Assembly (NCBI GenBank): GCA_964392925.1
Contig: CAYMRP010000001.1
Location: 51,945-115,944, forward strand
DNA length: 64,000 nt
Origin: an uncultured Gammaproteobacteria bacterium
Lineage (GTDB): Bacteria > Patescibacteriota > Microgenomatia > Daviesbacterales > UBA10151
Reading direction: 5' to 3'
Every line of letters begins with the position of its first letter. Position 1 is the stretch's first letter. The translations under genes were made by a program, and so were the position numbers. This document shows, piece by piece, positions 20,706-30,114 of the stretch. The notes beneath the pieces were generated by a model. The model worked only from the letters and a program-made list of their open reading frames with translations, searched no databases and had not been told where the DNA came from.

Positions 20706-21812
20706 TTATATCCTGCTATCTAAAACAGATTTTCGAATTGCATCAAACTCCTTATAATACTTTGAACTAGGAGTATCAATTGGACCTATTAGTCCTTGCT
20801 TGTCTTTTGATAACAAGTACTTAGCGTGAAGCAGAATTAAAGTGTCATATATTATTGTTGGGGCGTTTCTTAAACCGCGGTAAATTTTATTTGTTAGATA
20901 TTCCTGGTTAGAATTCTTTAAGTACGTAACCATTGCCTGATCAATGCACACTTGAGCATCCTTCTTAGATATATCCTCGTGTCTTTGCAAATTATTCACG
21001 ACACTGTCTCTAAATTTTTGGTATTCACTCTCATACTTTCCAGTATTGATCCCATCTTGAAAAGTTGCATAGTTACTAGCCACTCGGGAAAAATATTGCC
21101 GGCCGCCGTAAAAAGTATTCAGATACTTTATCTTTCCAAAAGTAGAAATTAGTATATCTGGTAAAAGTTCTCCAAACATTAAAAGTAAATAAGGATCAAA
21201 TTTTACTTTCTGAAATTCTGCATAACTTTTTTTAACATCACTCGTTCTTCTTACGGCCCATGTTGTTAAATTAAAATTTTCTAAATGATCTTTTACTCTT
21301 CTCGAAGCCTTTGTCTCAGAAATAGTATGATTGCTGTAACGGAAGTTCCACCAAAATTCCCTATAATCAAATAATCCTTTAAAAAGATGAAAGCCTATGT
21401 AGCCGCCGTGGGCTGCACTGTAATCAGGATTCTTCTCAAGAAATCTCACACAATCAAGTATTCCGGTTGGGGTGATAAAGTCATCATCCGGACAGAATAC
21501 TGAATACTTATTATTTAAATATTTAACCATCTGAGAAAATTTAATGTGCTGGGTTAGTTTTGAAGAGAAATTAGTAATGTGTGTGATATTCAGATTGGGG
21601 TAATTATTGATTATCTGTTTATTCTTTTTCTTATTAGTCACGGTGCTTGAATCGGTTACTACAATGTGGCATTTTACTTTTCGATAATTATAAAAACTTA
21701 ATATTCTATTTAGAAAATCTATTCGGTTATGGGTGGGTATTACGATGTCAACGATAGAAGTTAAATCTGTAGCATTATTATTCATATTTATACCGCTCCT
21801 TAAAATACTCAA
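20706..21812 (-). CDS. Family 2 glycosyltransferase
   Basis: 368 aa (VDIVIPTHNRIDFLNRIL ... VVTDSS ... CPDDDF). The start is probably at the internal Met10, which reduces the overlap with the upstream gene. Confidence 0.7.
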   Translation of the reverse strand: MSILRSGINMNNNATDLTSIVDIVIPTHNRIDFLNRILSFYNYRKVKCHIVVTDSSTVTNKKKNKQIINNYPNLNITHITNFSSKLTQHIKFSQMVKYLNNKYSVFCPDDDFITPTGILDCVRFLEKNPDYSAAHGGYIGFHLFKGLFDYREFWWNFRYSNHTISETKASRRVKDHLENFNLTTWAVRRTSDVKKSYAEFQKVKFDPYLLLMFGELLPDILISTFGKIKYLNTFYGGRQYFSRVASNYATFQDGINTGKYESEYQKFRDSVVNNLQRHEDISKKDAQVCIDQAMVTYLKNSNQEYLTNKIYRGLRNAPTIIYDTLILLHAKYLLSKDKQGLIGPIDTPSSKYYKEFDAIRKSVLDSRI

Positions 21813-22752
21813 AATAATTCCTGACTGTTTCCTTCAGTTCAAATTCTGGCTCCCAACCTAACTTTCGCAATTTCTCAGCCGAGAAGCGGAAATAATTTGA
21901 CTTTTCTTCATTTTGAGAAATAATTTTATATTCCTCAGGTTTAAGTTCAGCAGTCTCAAGAAAGACTTTAATCAAACTGGCCACAGTCTCTGGTGAACCT
22001 GAACTTAAATGATAGATCTCTTTATTCTTTCCCCTTTCAACTAGTGCTAATAAAGCCCTAGCTGCATCCCGAACATCTACAATATCTACCTCACCCATTT
22101 TATTCCCAATCTGTATTGTTCTCTTAGTTTCATCATGAACTGCCGATATTACTTCTTTAGCAATAAAGTATTCTACGACACCAGGAATTTTACCCGGTCC
22201 AGTTATTTGTGTAGGCCGGACAATTATATACTCAAGATTATTCTCTGCCGCTAATATTTTCTCCTGTTCAATTCTGCTGGATCTGTAAGGCTGTTCTAGA
22301 GTATCTACCAATGGAAGTTTATCAACTCCCATTTCGGTTACAAAATCCTTTGAAGATAATCTGTCATATACAATACAACCGCTAACCAAAATAAACCGCG
22401 GCAGATTACTTAATGTTTTTACAGCAGATAACGTATTTTTGATAATTGCTGTATTCTCATCGAAGACTTTCTTATTAGTTACATTGCTATCCTGACTTCC
22501 TAAAACTCTTCCTGCTAAATGTATCGCAATATCAGGCTTGAAATCTAAAATAGCCTTTTTAATCTCGTGGGGTTCAATTAAATCTAAGAAGTAGGATTTA
22601 ATAATTCCGTTCTCGCAAAGTTTTTTTATTTCAGATGGTGTAGATGTGTGAAGGGTGCCCCCAACTTCGTAGCCTTCTTCAATGGCTTTGCTTGCCAAGA
22701 ATCTTCCTAGCATTCCACCCATGCCAGTAATAAAAAGTCTCCCTTTACTCAT
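21778..22752 (-). CDS. NAD(P)-dependent epimerase/dehydratase family protein (SDR)
   Basis: 324 aa (LFITGMGGMLGRFL). It sits in the operon with the GDP-heptose genes. Confidence 0.65.
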   Translation of the reverse strand: MSKGRLFITGMGGMLGRFLASKAIEEGYEVGGTLHTSTPSEIKKLCENGIIKSYFLDLIEPHEIKKAILDFKPDIAIHLAGRVLGSQDSNVTNKKVFDENTAIIKNTLSAVKTLSNLPRFILVSGCIVYDRLSSKDFVTEMGVDKLPLVDTLEQPYRSSRIEQEKILAAENNLEYIIVRPTQITGPGKIPGVVEYFIAKEVISAVHDETKRTIQIGNKMGEVDIVDVRDAARALLALVERGKNKEIYHLSSGSPETVASLIKVFLETAELKPEEYKIISQNEEKSNYFRFSAEKLRKLGWEPEFELKETVRNYFEYFKERYKYE

Positions 22753-23969
22753 CAGAGTATTTCTTCAGGATTATTAGGTAAGGGGATAATATATTTTCCC
22801 TGATAGTTATATTGCTTCTTTAAAAATTCAATTATTTCATCTTTAAAATTCCAGGCTAAGATTATTACGGTGTCCGTTTTTCTTCGCATTACTTTTTCAG
22901 CACTTTCAATCAGTATATGAGTTCCTGCTGTATACTTCTCCTGCTTTAACGGATTCTGATCTATAATCACAGAGATTTCTTTAGGACCAATTTGACAATA
23001 GTTAAGAAGCGTTGAACTTCTTGCGGAGGCCCCATACCCAACAACTCGGCCTTTGCTTTTTGATATTAAATCAATTAATAGTTTTTTATGTTCAACAACT
23101 TTTATAGAAAATTCCTGCCAGCTTTTAAGTTCATTAATTTTAATCTTCTCCTCATTATCTCTATACTTTTGGACTATCGGCAATTCTTTAATCTCACCTT
23201 TTCTTGCATAAATTACCAGTGATCCACCACTAATCGGACTAGTCTTGATGTCTTCTATAAACATCCCATTATTATTCAGAAGAGTCTCAAAACTTTTCAC
23301 CGTGAAGTAACATAAATGCTCATGATAGACCGAATCATAATGGAGCTCTTCGTATATTTTTTTAGCATAATGAACTTCCAAAGCCAGCAACCCTTCATCT
23401 TCTAAAACAACCGACATACCTTTTACAAAATCATGCAGGTTGGCAACATGCGGCATAACATTCCGGGCTATAAAAACTTTTGCCGGCCCATACTTCTTTT
23501 TAATTTTACGTGCTTCTTTAGTTCCAAAGAATTCGGCTCTGGTTGGAATTCCTTCTGAATCAGCCTGTTCAGCAATATTTTTTGCCGGGTCAACACCCAA
23601 CACTTTATATCCTTTTTTTAGAAACGGAATTAAGAAGGTCCCATCGTTACTTGCAGCTTCAAGAACATATCCTTTTTTTAAATCCTTAACTTTTGTAATT
23701 ATATTTTTAGCAAAAACTTCTGCATGATTTTTAGCTGTTGAGGATGTCGCAGTCACCCACACATAACTTTTAAATAGTTCTTCGGGGTCTGCGGTGTGAT
23801 TAAGTTGAACCAATGAGCATTTTACGCAAAAACTAAGCGATAGTGGATAAAATTTTTCTTTCTGAGTAGGGGAATCAAGTAGCGAATTAGCTAATGGTTG
23901 TTTTCCTAAGTCTAAAAATTCTACTAATTTTTTACTTTTACATACCCGGCACTGATCAATTCTTTTCAT
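22752..23969 (-). CDS. NDP-sugar C-methyltransferase (TylCIII/NovU-type: N-terminal Zn-ribbon, SAM MTase domain, C-terminal C-methyltransferase domain)
   Basis: 405 aa. The zinc ribbon reads CRVCKSKKL ... CVKCSLVQL, the MTase core reads VLEAASNDGTF and the C-terminal domain is about 150 aa. Domain order and length are typical of this family. Confidence 0.6.
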   Translation of the reverse strand: MKRIDQCRVCKSKKLVEFLDLGKQPLANSLLDSPTQKEKFYPLSLSFCVKCSLVQLNHTADPEELFKSYVWVTATSSTAKNHAEVFAKNIITKVKDLKKGYVLEAASNDGTFLIPFLKKGYKVLGVDPAKNIAEQADSEGIPTRAEFFGTKEARKIKKKYGPAKVFIARNVMPHVANLHDFVKGMSVVLEDEGLLALEVHYAKKIYEELHYDSVYHEHLCYFTVKSFETLLNNNGMFIEDIKTSPISGGSLVIYARKGEIKELPIVQKYRDNEEKIKINELKSWQEFSIKVVEHKKLLIDLISKSKGRVVGYGASARSSTLLNYCQIGPKEISVIIDQNPLKQEKYTAGTHILIESAEKVMRRKTDTVIILAWNFKDEIIEFLKKQYNYQGKYIIPLPNNPEEIL

Positions 23970-24034
23970 TTTAAAAACGAAATCTTTCTATCAAATATAG
24001 AAAAAGTATTTCCTCTTTTTCTTTCAGAAATATA

Positions 24035-25252
24035 TCACTTAGTTAATGAATATACAATCTTCAAGAGATTATTATTTGGATTAACTAAAATGGTTCTAAC
24101 CCCGGCCGCCATCCCTGCCTTTTCGTCTCTTTCGTCATCACCAATAAACACTGACTTTGTTAAATCAAATTGGTTTTCATCAGCTGCCCGATATAAAAGC
24201 CCTGGTTTTGGTTTGCGGCAAACGCACCCCTCATCCCAACCATGGGGACACCAGTAGATTCCTGATATATTCGCTCCAGCATTTTTTAGTTCGCGAAGCA
24301 TTCGCTTATGAATATCCTCTAAATCCTTAGTACTCATCATCCCTCGGGCAATTCCTGCCTGATTAGTAATGATAAAAATCTTATATTTGGCTAAAGTTAA
24401 CAATCTGATTGCTTCGATTGATCCAGTTAGAAATTCAAATTCACTCCATTTCTTTATGTAATCTGCCTTACTAGCTTTTTTATTAATCACCCCGTCCCTA
24501 TCAAGAAAAATAACTTTCTTACTCCTTAAAAATTTCGCAGTTTTCTTAACTCTCTCCATATCTCCGATACTGTAATACTTGTGATTTGTCAAAAATCCCG
24601 CCAGATTTTTCTTCCTAATCAGAGATGGAAAAACAATATCTTCAAATTTACAATTCTCCTTTGGTAAAAGACTTAAAACTTTCTTTTTAACAATCATAAA
24701 ACCGATATCAACGCCGTTCAATTCTTTCTCAGTTCTGGATTTATCATAATTTTTAATAAAACCATTTTGATCAACGAGAGTATTATTCTTAGTCGAATTA
24801 TCTCTATTAGTATAAACAGTTACTAAAGTATCAACCTCTGTTTTTGAAAATAATTGCTGAAGCTTGGCTAAGTTTAGAGGCCAGTAATTATCGCAGTACA
24901 ACAAAAGAAATTGATCTTCGAGTAATTCATGAGCATTCAATATTCTTATTCCACTCTTAATTTCCTCACCGGAATAATCTTTAAATGGGGTGTAGGAATA
25001 CTTTATCTTTATCCCAAAATCCCGGCCATCTTTAAAATGTTTACTAATTTTATCTCCCAAATATCCAGTCAATATAACCACCTCTTTGATACCGTTTAAT
25101 TTTAAAAGATTAAGTAAGTGTTCCAAAAAAGGCTTACCATTTACCAAAATCATTGGCTTGGGATTTTTATTCGTGAACGGTCTTAAGCGGGTACCTGCAC
25201 CGCCAGCAAAAATGACAGCTTGAGTTATTTTTGAAGAATTCAACTTTTCCAA
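24035..25252 (-). CDS. Bifunctional D-glycero-alpha-D-manno-heptose-1-phosphate guanylyltransferase (HddC-like) fused to D-glycero-D-manno-heptose-1,7-bisphosphate phosphatase (GmhB-like)
   Basis: 405 aa. The N-terminal nucleotidyltransferase reads AVIFAGGAGTRLRPFT. The C-terminal HAD-IIIA phosphatase has FLDRDGVIN, the Zn-site CPHGWDEGCVCRKPKPG and GDDERD. Confidence 0.75.
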   Translation of the reverse strand: MEKLNSSKITQAVIFAGGAGTRLRPFTNKNPKPMILVNGKPFLEHLLNLLKLNGIKEVVILTGYLGDKISKHFKDGRDFGIKIKYSYTPFKDYSGEEIKSGIRILNAHELLEDQFLLLYCDNYWPLNLAKLQQLFSKTEVDTLVTVYTNRDNSTKNNTLVDQNGFIKNYDKSRTEKELNGVDIGFMIVKKKVLSLLPKENCKFEDIVFPSLIRKKNLAGFLTNHKYYSIGDMERVKKTAKFLRSKKVIFLDRDGVINKKASKADYIKKWSEFEFLTGSIEAIRLLTLAKYKIFIITNQAGIARGMMSTKDLEDIHKRMLRELKNAGANISGIYWCPHGWDEGCVCRKPKPGLLYRAADENQFDLTKSVFIGDDERDEKAGMAAGVRTILVNPNNNLLKIVYSLTK

Positions 25253-26277
25253 AACAATTTATTGTCCAATCTTTTGTTATCAAGCAGATACTTTAGTCTT
25301 GGCAGCCGGTTACATTTTTGACCCCGGAAATCTTCCTCACTAAGTTCTATTTTCTTGAAAAAGTTCACTAATTCCTTACCGCCTCGATCTAAGTCCCACT
25401 CAGGTTTAAAATAGTCTTTTAGCACTGTAAGTATTTTATTAAAAGATACTTTATAAGTCCTGGCATCCTTACCATGTTCTCCTGTAAAAACTAATTTACT
25501 TCCGGGAACTGCTCTTTGCGCGGCTTCAGCTAAATCTTTTACTGTAAAATTACCATTTGGAATTCCCACATTAAATGATTCGCCCGCGACCAATTCTTTA
25601 GGGGATTCAAGACCCGCAACATAAGCGCTGCAAACATCCCTAACATGCACCACCGGTCTCCATGGAGTTCCGTCACTTTTAATTTCAATTTGTTTAGCCG
25701 TAAATGCACAGGCGACCAAATTATTAAAAACAATATCACATCTTAATTTTGGGCTAACTCCAAAAACGGTCGATGGCCTAAAGCAGACTACAATAAACTC
25801 ATCATTAGCTAATTTTTTAAGTTCCTGTTCAGCTTTCCATTTTGTCTTAGCATATGCTGTGATAGCTTTCTTTTTACTATTGTCCTCATCAAGTTCTTCT
25901 TCAGAATCTGAAACCCCGTACATACTTTGTGATGAAGAGTATATAAATCTTTTAACGCCCGACTTTTTTGCCAGTTTTGCTAATATGATTGTAGCTTTGT
26001 AGTTAATATCTTCCGTTAGAGAAGGATCAAATTCTCCTAGCGGATCATTAGAAAGTGCTGCCAGATGAATTACACTGTCAATTCCCTCTAAATCCGAAAT
26101 ATCAACGTTCCTGATATCTTTGCTAATTTGTTTAACTAATAATTTACCATCATTATCTGGAGAGATTCCTTCGTAGTAACCAGTATCAAGTCCAACAACC
26201 TCATATTTCTTAGAGGCCAAAACTTCAGTCAACACACTTCCTATATATCCTTGATTACCGGTAACGAGAATTCTCAT
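25240..26277 (-). CDS. NAD-dependent epimerase/dehydratase (SDR)
   Basis: The track ORF runs to 26340. I place the start at Met22 (MRILVTGNQGYIGS) because that puts the Rossmann motif at the N-terminus. Confidence 0.65.
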   Translation of the reverse strand: MRILVTGNQGYIGSVLTEVLASKKYEVVGLDTGYYEGISPDNDGKLLVKQISKDIRNVDISDLEGIDSVIHLAALSNDPLGEFDPSLTEDINYKATIILAKLAKKSGVKRFIYSSSQSMYGVSDSEEELDEDNSKKKAITAYAKTKWKAEQELKKLANDEFIVVCFRPSTVFGVSPKLRCDIVFNNLVACAFTAKQIEIKSDGTPWRPVVHVRDVCSAYVAGLESPKELVAGESFNVGIPNGNFTVKDLAEAAQRAVPGSKLVFTGEHGKDARTYKVSFNKILTVLKDYFKPEWDLDRGGKELVNFFKKIELSEEDFRGQKCNRLPRLKYLLDNKRLDNKLFWKS

Positions 26278-26281
26278 ATTT

Positions 26282-26911
26282 CTAAGCCTGTTTCTTCTGT
26301 CGTTTTTTAGCTGAATTACTTTGTTTTTCAATATAATCAAAAGAATTTTTAAAATAAAGAGTCATCATATGCAGTATAACAGAGTGAATTCCTTCGACCA
26401 ATTCATAAGCCCCTTTTTCAGATTTAACTAAAACTTTTGCATCCGCTAGTTTATTTAACATTCCACCATCAAATCCTGTAACTCCAATAACTGATGCTTT
26501 AAACTCAAGCGCTAACTCAACCGCTTTTATAACATTAGGAGAATTACCTGATGAAGAAATTGCGATAATTGTATCTCCTTCGCGGATATAATTTCTTAAC
26601 GGGCCTGCAAAAATCATATCAAACCCCACATCATTAGCCCATGCCGTAATCTCTGATTCCGTTGTAGGCAGTCTGATTGCCTGAAATCGTCTGATGTTCT
26701 TATCTAAGTGACCGCTAAATACAGTTTTATTAAAATCAGCCACCCAATGAGTTGCCATAGCCAGTGATCCTCCGTTCCCAAAAACATAAATTCTGCCATC
26801 CCTCTCATAAGTTGCCTGAAGAATATTTATCGCCTTTGCGATTTCTTTAACCGGCAAATTCTCAATAAGTTTTGTGCTCTTTTTAATATATCCGTTAATA
26901 AATTTATCCAT
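26282..26911 (-). CDS. gmhA: Sedoheptulose-7-phosphate isomerase (SIS domain)
   Basis: 209 aa (YVFGNGGSLAMATHWVADF; ISSSGNSPNV). Confidence 0.75.
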   Translation of the reverse strand: MDKFINGYIKKSTKLIENLPVKEIAKAINILQATYERDGRIYVFGNGGSLAMATHWVADFNKTVFSGHLDKNIRRFQAIRLPTTESEITAWANDVGFDMIFAGPLRNYIREGDTIIAISSSGNSPNVIKAVELALEFKASVIGVTGFDGGMLNKLADAKVLVKSEKGAYELVEGIHSVILHMMTLYFKNSFDYIEKQSNSAKKRQKKQA

Positions 26912-26920
26912 ACGAAGGCC

Positions 26921-27928
26921 TCAATTAAAACAAGTGTTAGAAACAATTTCAACACCGCTGTGGACAAACTTCACAGGTACTTCTTTGAAATCCCTGAGTT
27001 TTAACTCTTCGGCCTTTTTATTTAAAGATTCTCGTACTTGCTCTTTCTTATTTCGGGGGACAAGAAACATTACACATCCGCCGCCGCCAGCTCCTAATAT
27101 TTTTCCACCCCAAGCTCCGTTTTTAATTCCTGTAGCATAAAGTTTATCAATTACCTCATTTGAAATTTTTGATGCCAGTTTCTTTTTAATTAACCAACTT
27201 TCATGTAGTAATTCTCCCATCGCCCGGAAATTTCCTTTAACTAATTTTCTTTGGAATGAATCCACTAACTTTACTAAAGAGTTCAATGATTTTATATTGC
27301 CGGCACTGTTAGCTTTCTGTTCAGTCAGTACGCTTTTTGCAGTTCTGGTTATTCCGGTGAAAAATACCAGCATACTGTTTTCCATATCCAGCCGGGTTTT
27401 ATAATCTAAAAGAATTGGCTCTGTCTCAACACTGCCATCAGGATTGAATGTGAAAGTGTTAAATCCTCCGAGAGCCGCCGCATATTGGTCTTGTTTGCCG
27501 ATCGGTTCTTTTAAAGTTTCAATTTCTATTTCACAGGCAATTTGAGCAATCTCTTTCTTATCAAGCCGTTTACCTGCATAAGTTGATAGACCCTTTATCA
27601 ATGACACAGTAAATGCTGACGATCCTCCAAGTCCAGTTCCAACCGGCATATGTGAGAATATTCCTATTTCTAAATTTTCTTCAACTCCAAACTTAAGCAT
27701 CACCTCTCGAATCCGGTCATTCTTCAAATCTTTAACTTTAGATACTGTCTCAATACTGGAATATCTGGCAGTGATACCTTTTAGTAAGGGAGCCGGGTTA
27801 ATTGCGGCCAAAACATATTTATCTATCGTCGCCGAAATTACTTTTCCAGGTGAATTTTTATAATAATCAGGTAAATCAGTTCCTCCTCCGACAAAACTAA
27901 TTCTCAGCGGTGCTTTAACAATTATCAT
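26921..27928 (-). CDS. hddA: D-glycero-alpha-D-manno-heptose-7-phosphate kinase (GHMP kinase)
   Basis: 335 aa. It has the GHMP ATP motif PVGTGLGGSSA and the N-terminal APLRISFVGGGTDLPDY. Confidence 0.7.
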   Translation of the reverse strand: MIIVKAPLRISFVGGGTDLPDYYKNSPGKVISATIDKYVLAAINPAPLLKGITARYSSIETVSKVKDLKNDRIREVMLKFGVEENLEIGIFSHMPVGTGLGGSSAFTVSLIKGLSTYAGKRLDKKEIAQIACEIEIETLKEPIGKQDQYAAALGGFNTFTFNPDGSVETEPILLDYKTRLDMENSMLVFFTGITRTAKSVLTEQKANSAGNIKSLNSLVKLVDSFQRKLVKGNFRAMGELLHESWLIKKKLASKISNEVIDKLYATGIKNGAWGGKILGAGGGGCVMFLVPRNKKEQVRESLNKKAEELKLRDFKEVPVKFVHSGVEIVSNTCFN

Positions 27929-28938
27929 TACAAATTCTTATAGCCTTTTTTCATAACATAATCAACTGTTCTCTCAAGTCCCTTTTTAATTTTAACTATG
28001 GGTGCCCAACCTAGTAATTCTTTCGCCTTACTAATATCTGCATGAGTAAATTTATTAACCTCATTTGTTAGTAGCTGAGTATTAAATTTATACTTACCCT
28101 CAAATTGCCTTGGAAACTTTTCCCAGTGCATTTTTGGATCTCTAAATATTGGTTTAATTTTCTGCAATTTCAAAATCTCCGCAAGCAAATCGTAAATACC
28201 CTGAACTGAAATAATTTCCCCAGAACCTACATTAAAAGTTTGATTCTTAGATTTAGGATTGGTCATCACAATCTCACATAAACGAACAACATCATCAACA
28301 TAAACAAAATCTCTTGATTGTTTCCCATTTGAATGTAAAATAGGTTTCTCTTTTTTTAACAAACAGCCAATTAAATAACTAATTAAATAAGATGGTGGAC
28401 GGTAATCCATGTGCGGGCCATAAACATTAAAAAACCTAAAAATTGTTATATCCATTCCGTACATTTCTCTAAATGAATCACAAATTCCTTCAGCATCTTT
28501 TTTACTTCTGGCATAAATTAAAGTGGGATTAGCAGGCAAAGATTCCCTAAAAGGAGTATCAGTTTCTTTTTCATAAAGCGCAGCCGTAGATGAGAAAACA
28601 ATTTTCTTTACACCAGCTCTTCTAGCCATCTCCAAAACATTAGCTGTTCCGGCGGTATTAACGCTATACGCCTCTCCTGGATTATCATTACAGCCTGGCA
28701 AAGAAACGTACCCGGCGATATGAAAAACTACATCCACACCTTTCATCACATTCTCAAGTTTCAAATCTCGGATATCCATACAAACAAAATTCTTCAACAG
28801 TCTTTTGCTATCCATAAAATTATAAATATATCCGGAACTTAAATTATCAAGAATAATAACCTCATGATCTTTCTTGTCCAAATATAAAGCTAGTTGTGAC
28901 CCGATAAACCCAGCCCCGCCAGTAATCAAAATACGCAT
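27928..28938 (-). CDS. NAD-dependent epimerase/dehydratase (GalE/WbpP-like SDR)
   Basis: 336 aa (MRILITGGAGFIGSQLALYL). It is the first gene of the minus-strand heptose operon. Confidence 0.65.
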   Translation of the reverse strand: MRILITGGAGFIGSQLALYLDKKDHEVIILDNLSSGYIYNFMDSKRLLKNFVCMDIRDLKLENVMKGVDVVFHIAGYVSLPGCNDNPGEAYSVNTAGTANVLEMARRAGVKKIVFSSTAALYEKETDTPFRESLPANPTLIYARSKKDAEGICDSFREMYGMDITIFRFFNVYGPHMDYRPPSYLISYLIGCLLKKEKPILHSNGKQSRDFVYVDDVVRLCEIVMTNPKSKNQTFNVGSGEIISVQGIYDLLAEILKLQKIKPIFRDPKMHWEKFPRQFEGKYKFNTQLLTNEVNKFTHADISKAKELLGWAPIVKIKKGLERTVDYVMKKGYKNL

Positions 28939-29016
28939 AAGCGACTACAATACTATAGCTGAGCCTATCGCACGTCAACCCTTAATATAGGCGTTATTTT
29001 AATCTATACTTAGTAG

Positions 29017-30114
29017 GTGATTAAGAATTATTTATTCCAAGCAGACCTTGTTAGAGCGCTCGCAATCCTGGCTGTCATCGGCATCCATCTCGTTATCCCC
29101 ATAACCCCCAGACCCGATTATTTTGGAGGTACAATCTGGTGGTTAGCATTTCTTTTAAACTGTCTTTTTAGAATAAGTGTTCCTCTATTTGTAATTCTAA
29201 GCGGCTATTTGGTATTAGGAAAACCCTCATCTATTCATGAAAATTTCAAACGTATTACCCAGCGGATTCTAATCCCATTAATCGCTTATTATATTATCTT
29301 CAATATTATTTATGCTTTAATGGCCTGGTTGAGATTTGAGCCCTATGATTACGCCGGAATTTTTCACAATCTCAGTAAAAACACTCACACCAGCTTATAC
29401 TTTCTTGTTGTCCTATTCTTTATTCAATTTTTAAATCCTCTATGGAATTTATTAACCGAACCAAAAAATGAAAAGGTACTAAAGTATACTTGTTACTTCT
29501 TCCTAGGTTTAGGTGCAGCTTCCTATATTTTTTATTATCTGAGTTTAAGAGAAGGGGAGGTCTTTAGCACATTTACCTATTGGATCATGTGGATAGGCTA
29601 TTATTTATACGGTTATCTGGTTAAATTAAAATCAACTATTCTTTCCAAAGCTGAAACTATCGTTTACTCATTAATATTCATCGCCAGTTTTATTTTTACT
29701 GCTTTTTTTGGCTATTTAACACTCTGGTTGTTTCATAATAACGTTAGTGATCTTTTCTATATTGGCGGACAAACTTATGCAGACTCCTATCTCAGCATCA
29801 GTGTGATGTTGATGTCATTAAGCGCTTTTAATTTACTAATGAGAGGTAGCTGGGTTCAAAAATTAGAAACCATCAGCTGGATAAAAAAACCAATCTCTTT
29901 TATTGCCGTATTGAGTTTTGCTCTCTATCTGAATCATCTTTTAGTTATTGATACGTTAAGTAAATTCTTCGGAATAAATCCCGACAGCCCTTCAATGCCA
30001 AGTCTGGCAATTTATCTAATCATCAGTACTATCCTAACCTTCCTAATAACAATACCTCTGGTATTGCTGATTCAAAAAACGCCTTATCTTAGAAAAATAG
30101 TTGGCCTTAAATGA
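29017..30114 (+). CDS. Acyltransferase family 3 membrane protein (probable glycan O-acetyltransferase)
   Basis: 365 aa with about 10 TM segments. The N-terminus (ADLVRALAILAVIGIHL) is typical of Acyl_transf_3. The start is probably GTG. Confidence 0.6.
   Translation: MIKNYLFQADLVRALAILAVIGIHLVIPITPRPDYFGGTIWWLAFLLNCLFRISVPLFVILSGYLVLGKPSSIHENFKRITQRILIPLIAYYIIFNIIYALMAWLRFEPYDYAGIFHNLSKNTHTSLYFLVVLFFIQFLNPLWNLLTEPKNEKVLKYTCYFFLGLGAASYIFYYLSLREGEVFSTFTYWIMWIGYYLYGYLVKLKSTILSKAETIVYSLIFIASFIFTAFFGYLTLWLFHNNVSDLFYIGGQTYADSYLSISVMLMSLSAFNLLMRGSWVQKLETISWIKKPISFIAVLSFALYLNHLLVIDTLSKFFGINPDSPSMPSLAIYLIISTILTFLITIPLVLLIQKTPYLRKIVGLK

Noticed and set aside
25240-26340. The longest-ORF start for the SDR at 26340, which gives 21 extra N-terminal residues (MIILKNKVIQLKNDRRNRLRN).
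   Set aside because: The Rossmann motif (MRILVTGNQGYIGS) should lie at the N-terminus. The extension would also overlap the gmhA 3' end by 59 nt. I prefer the start at 26277.
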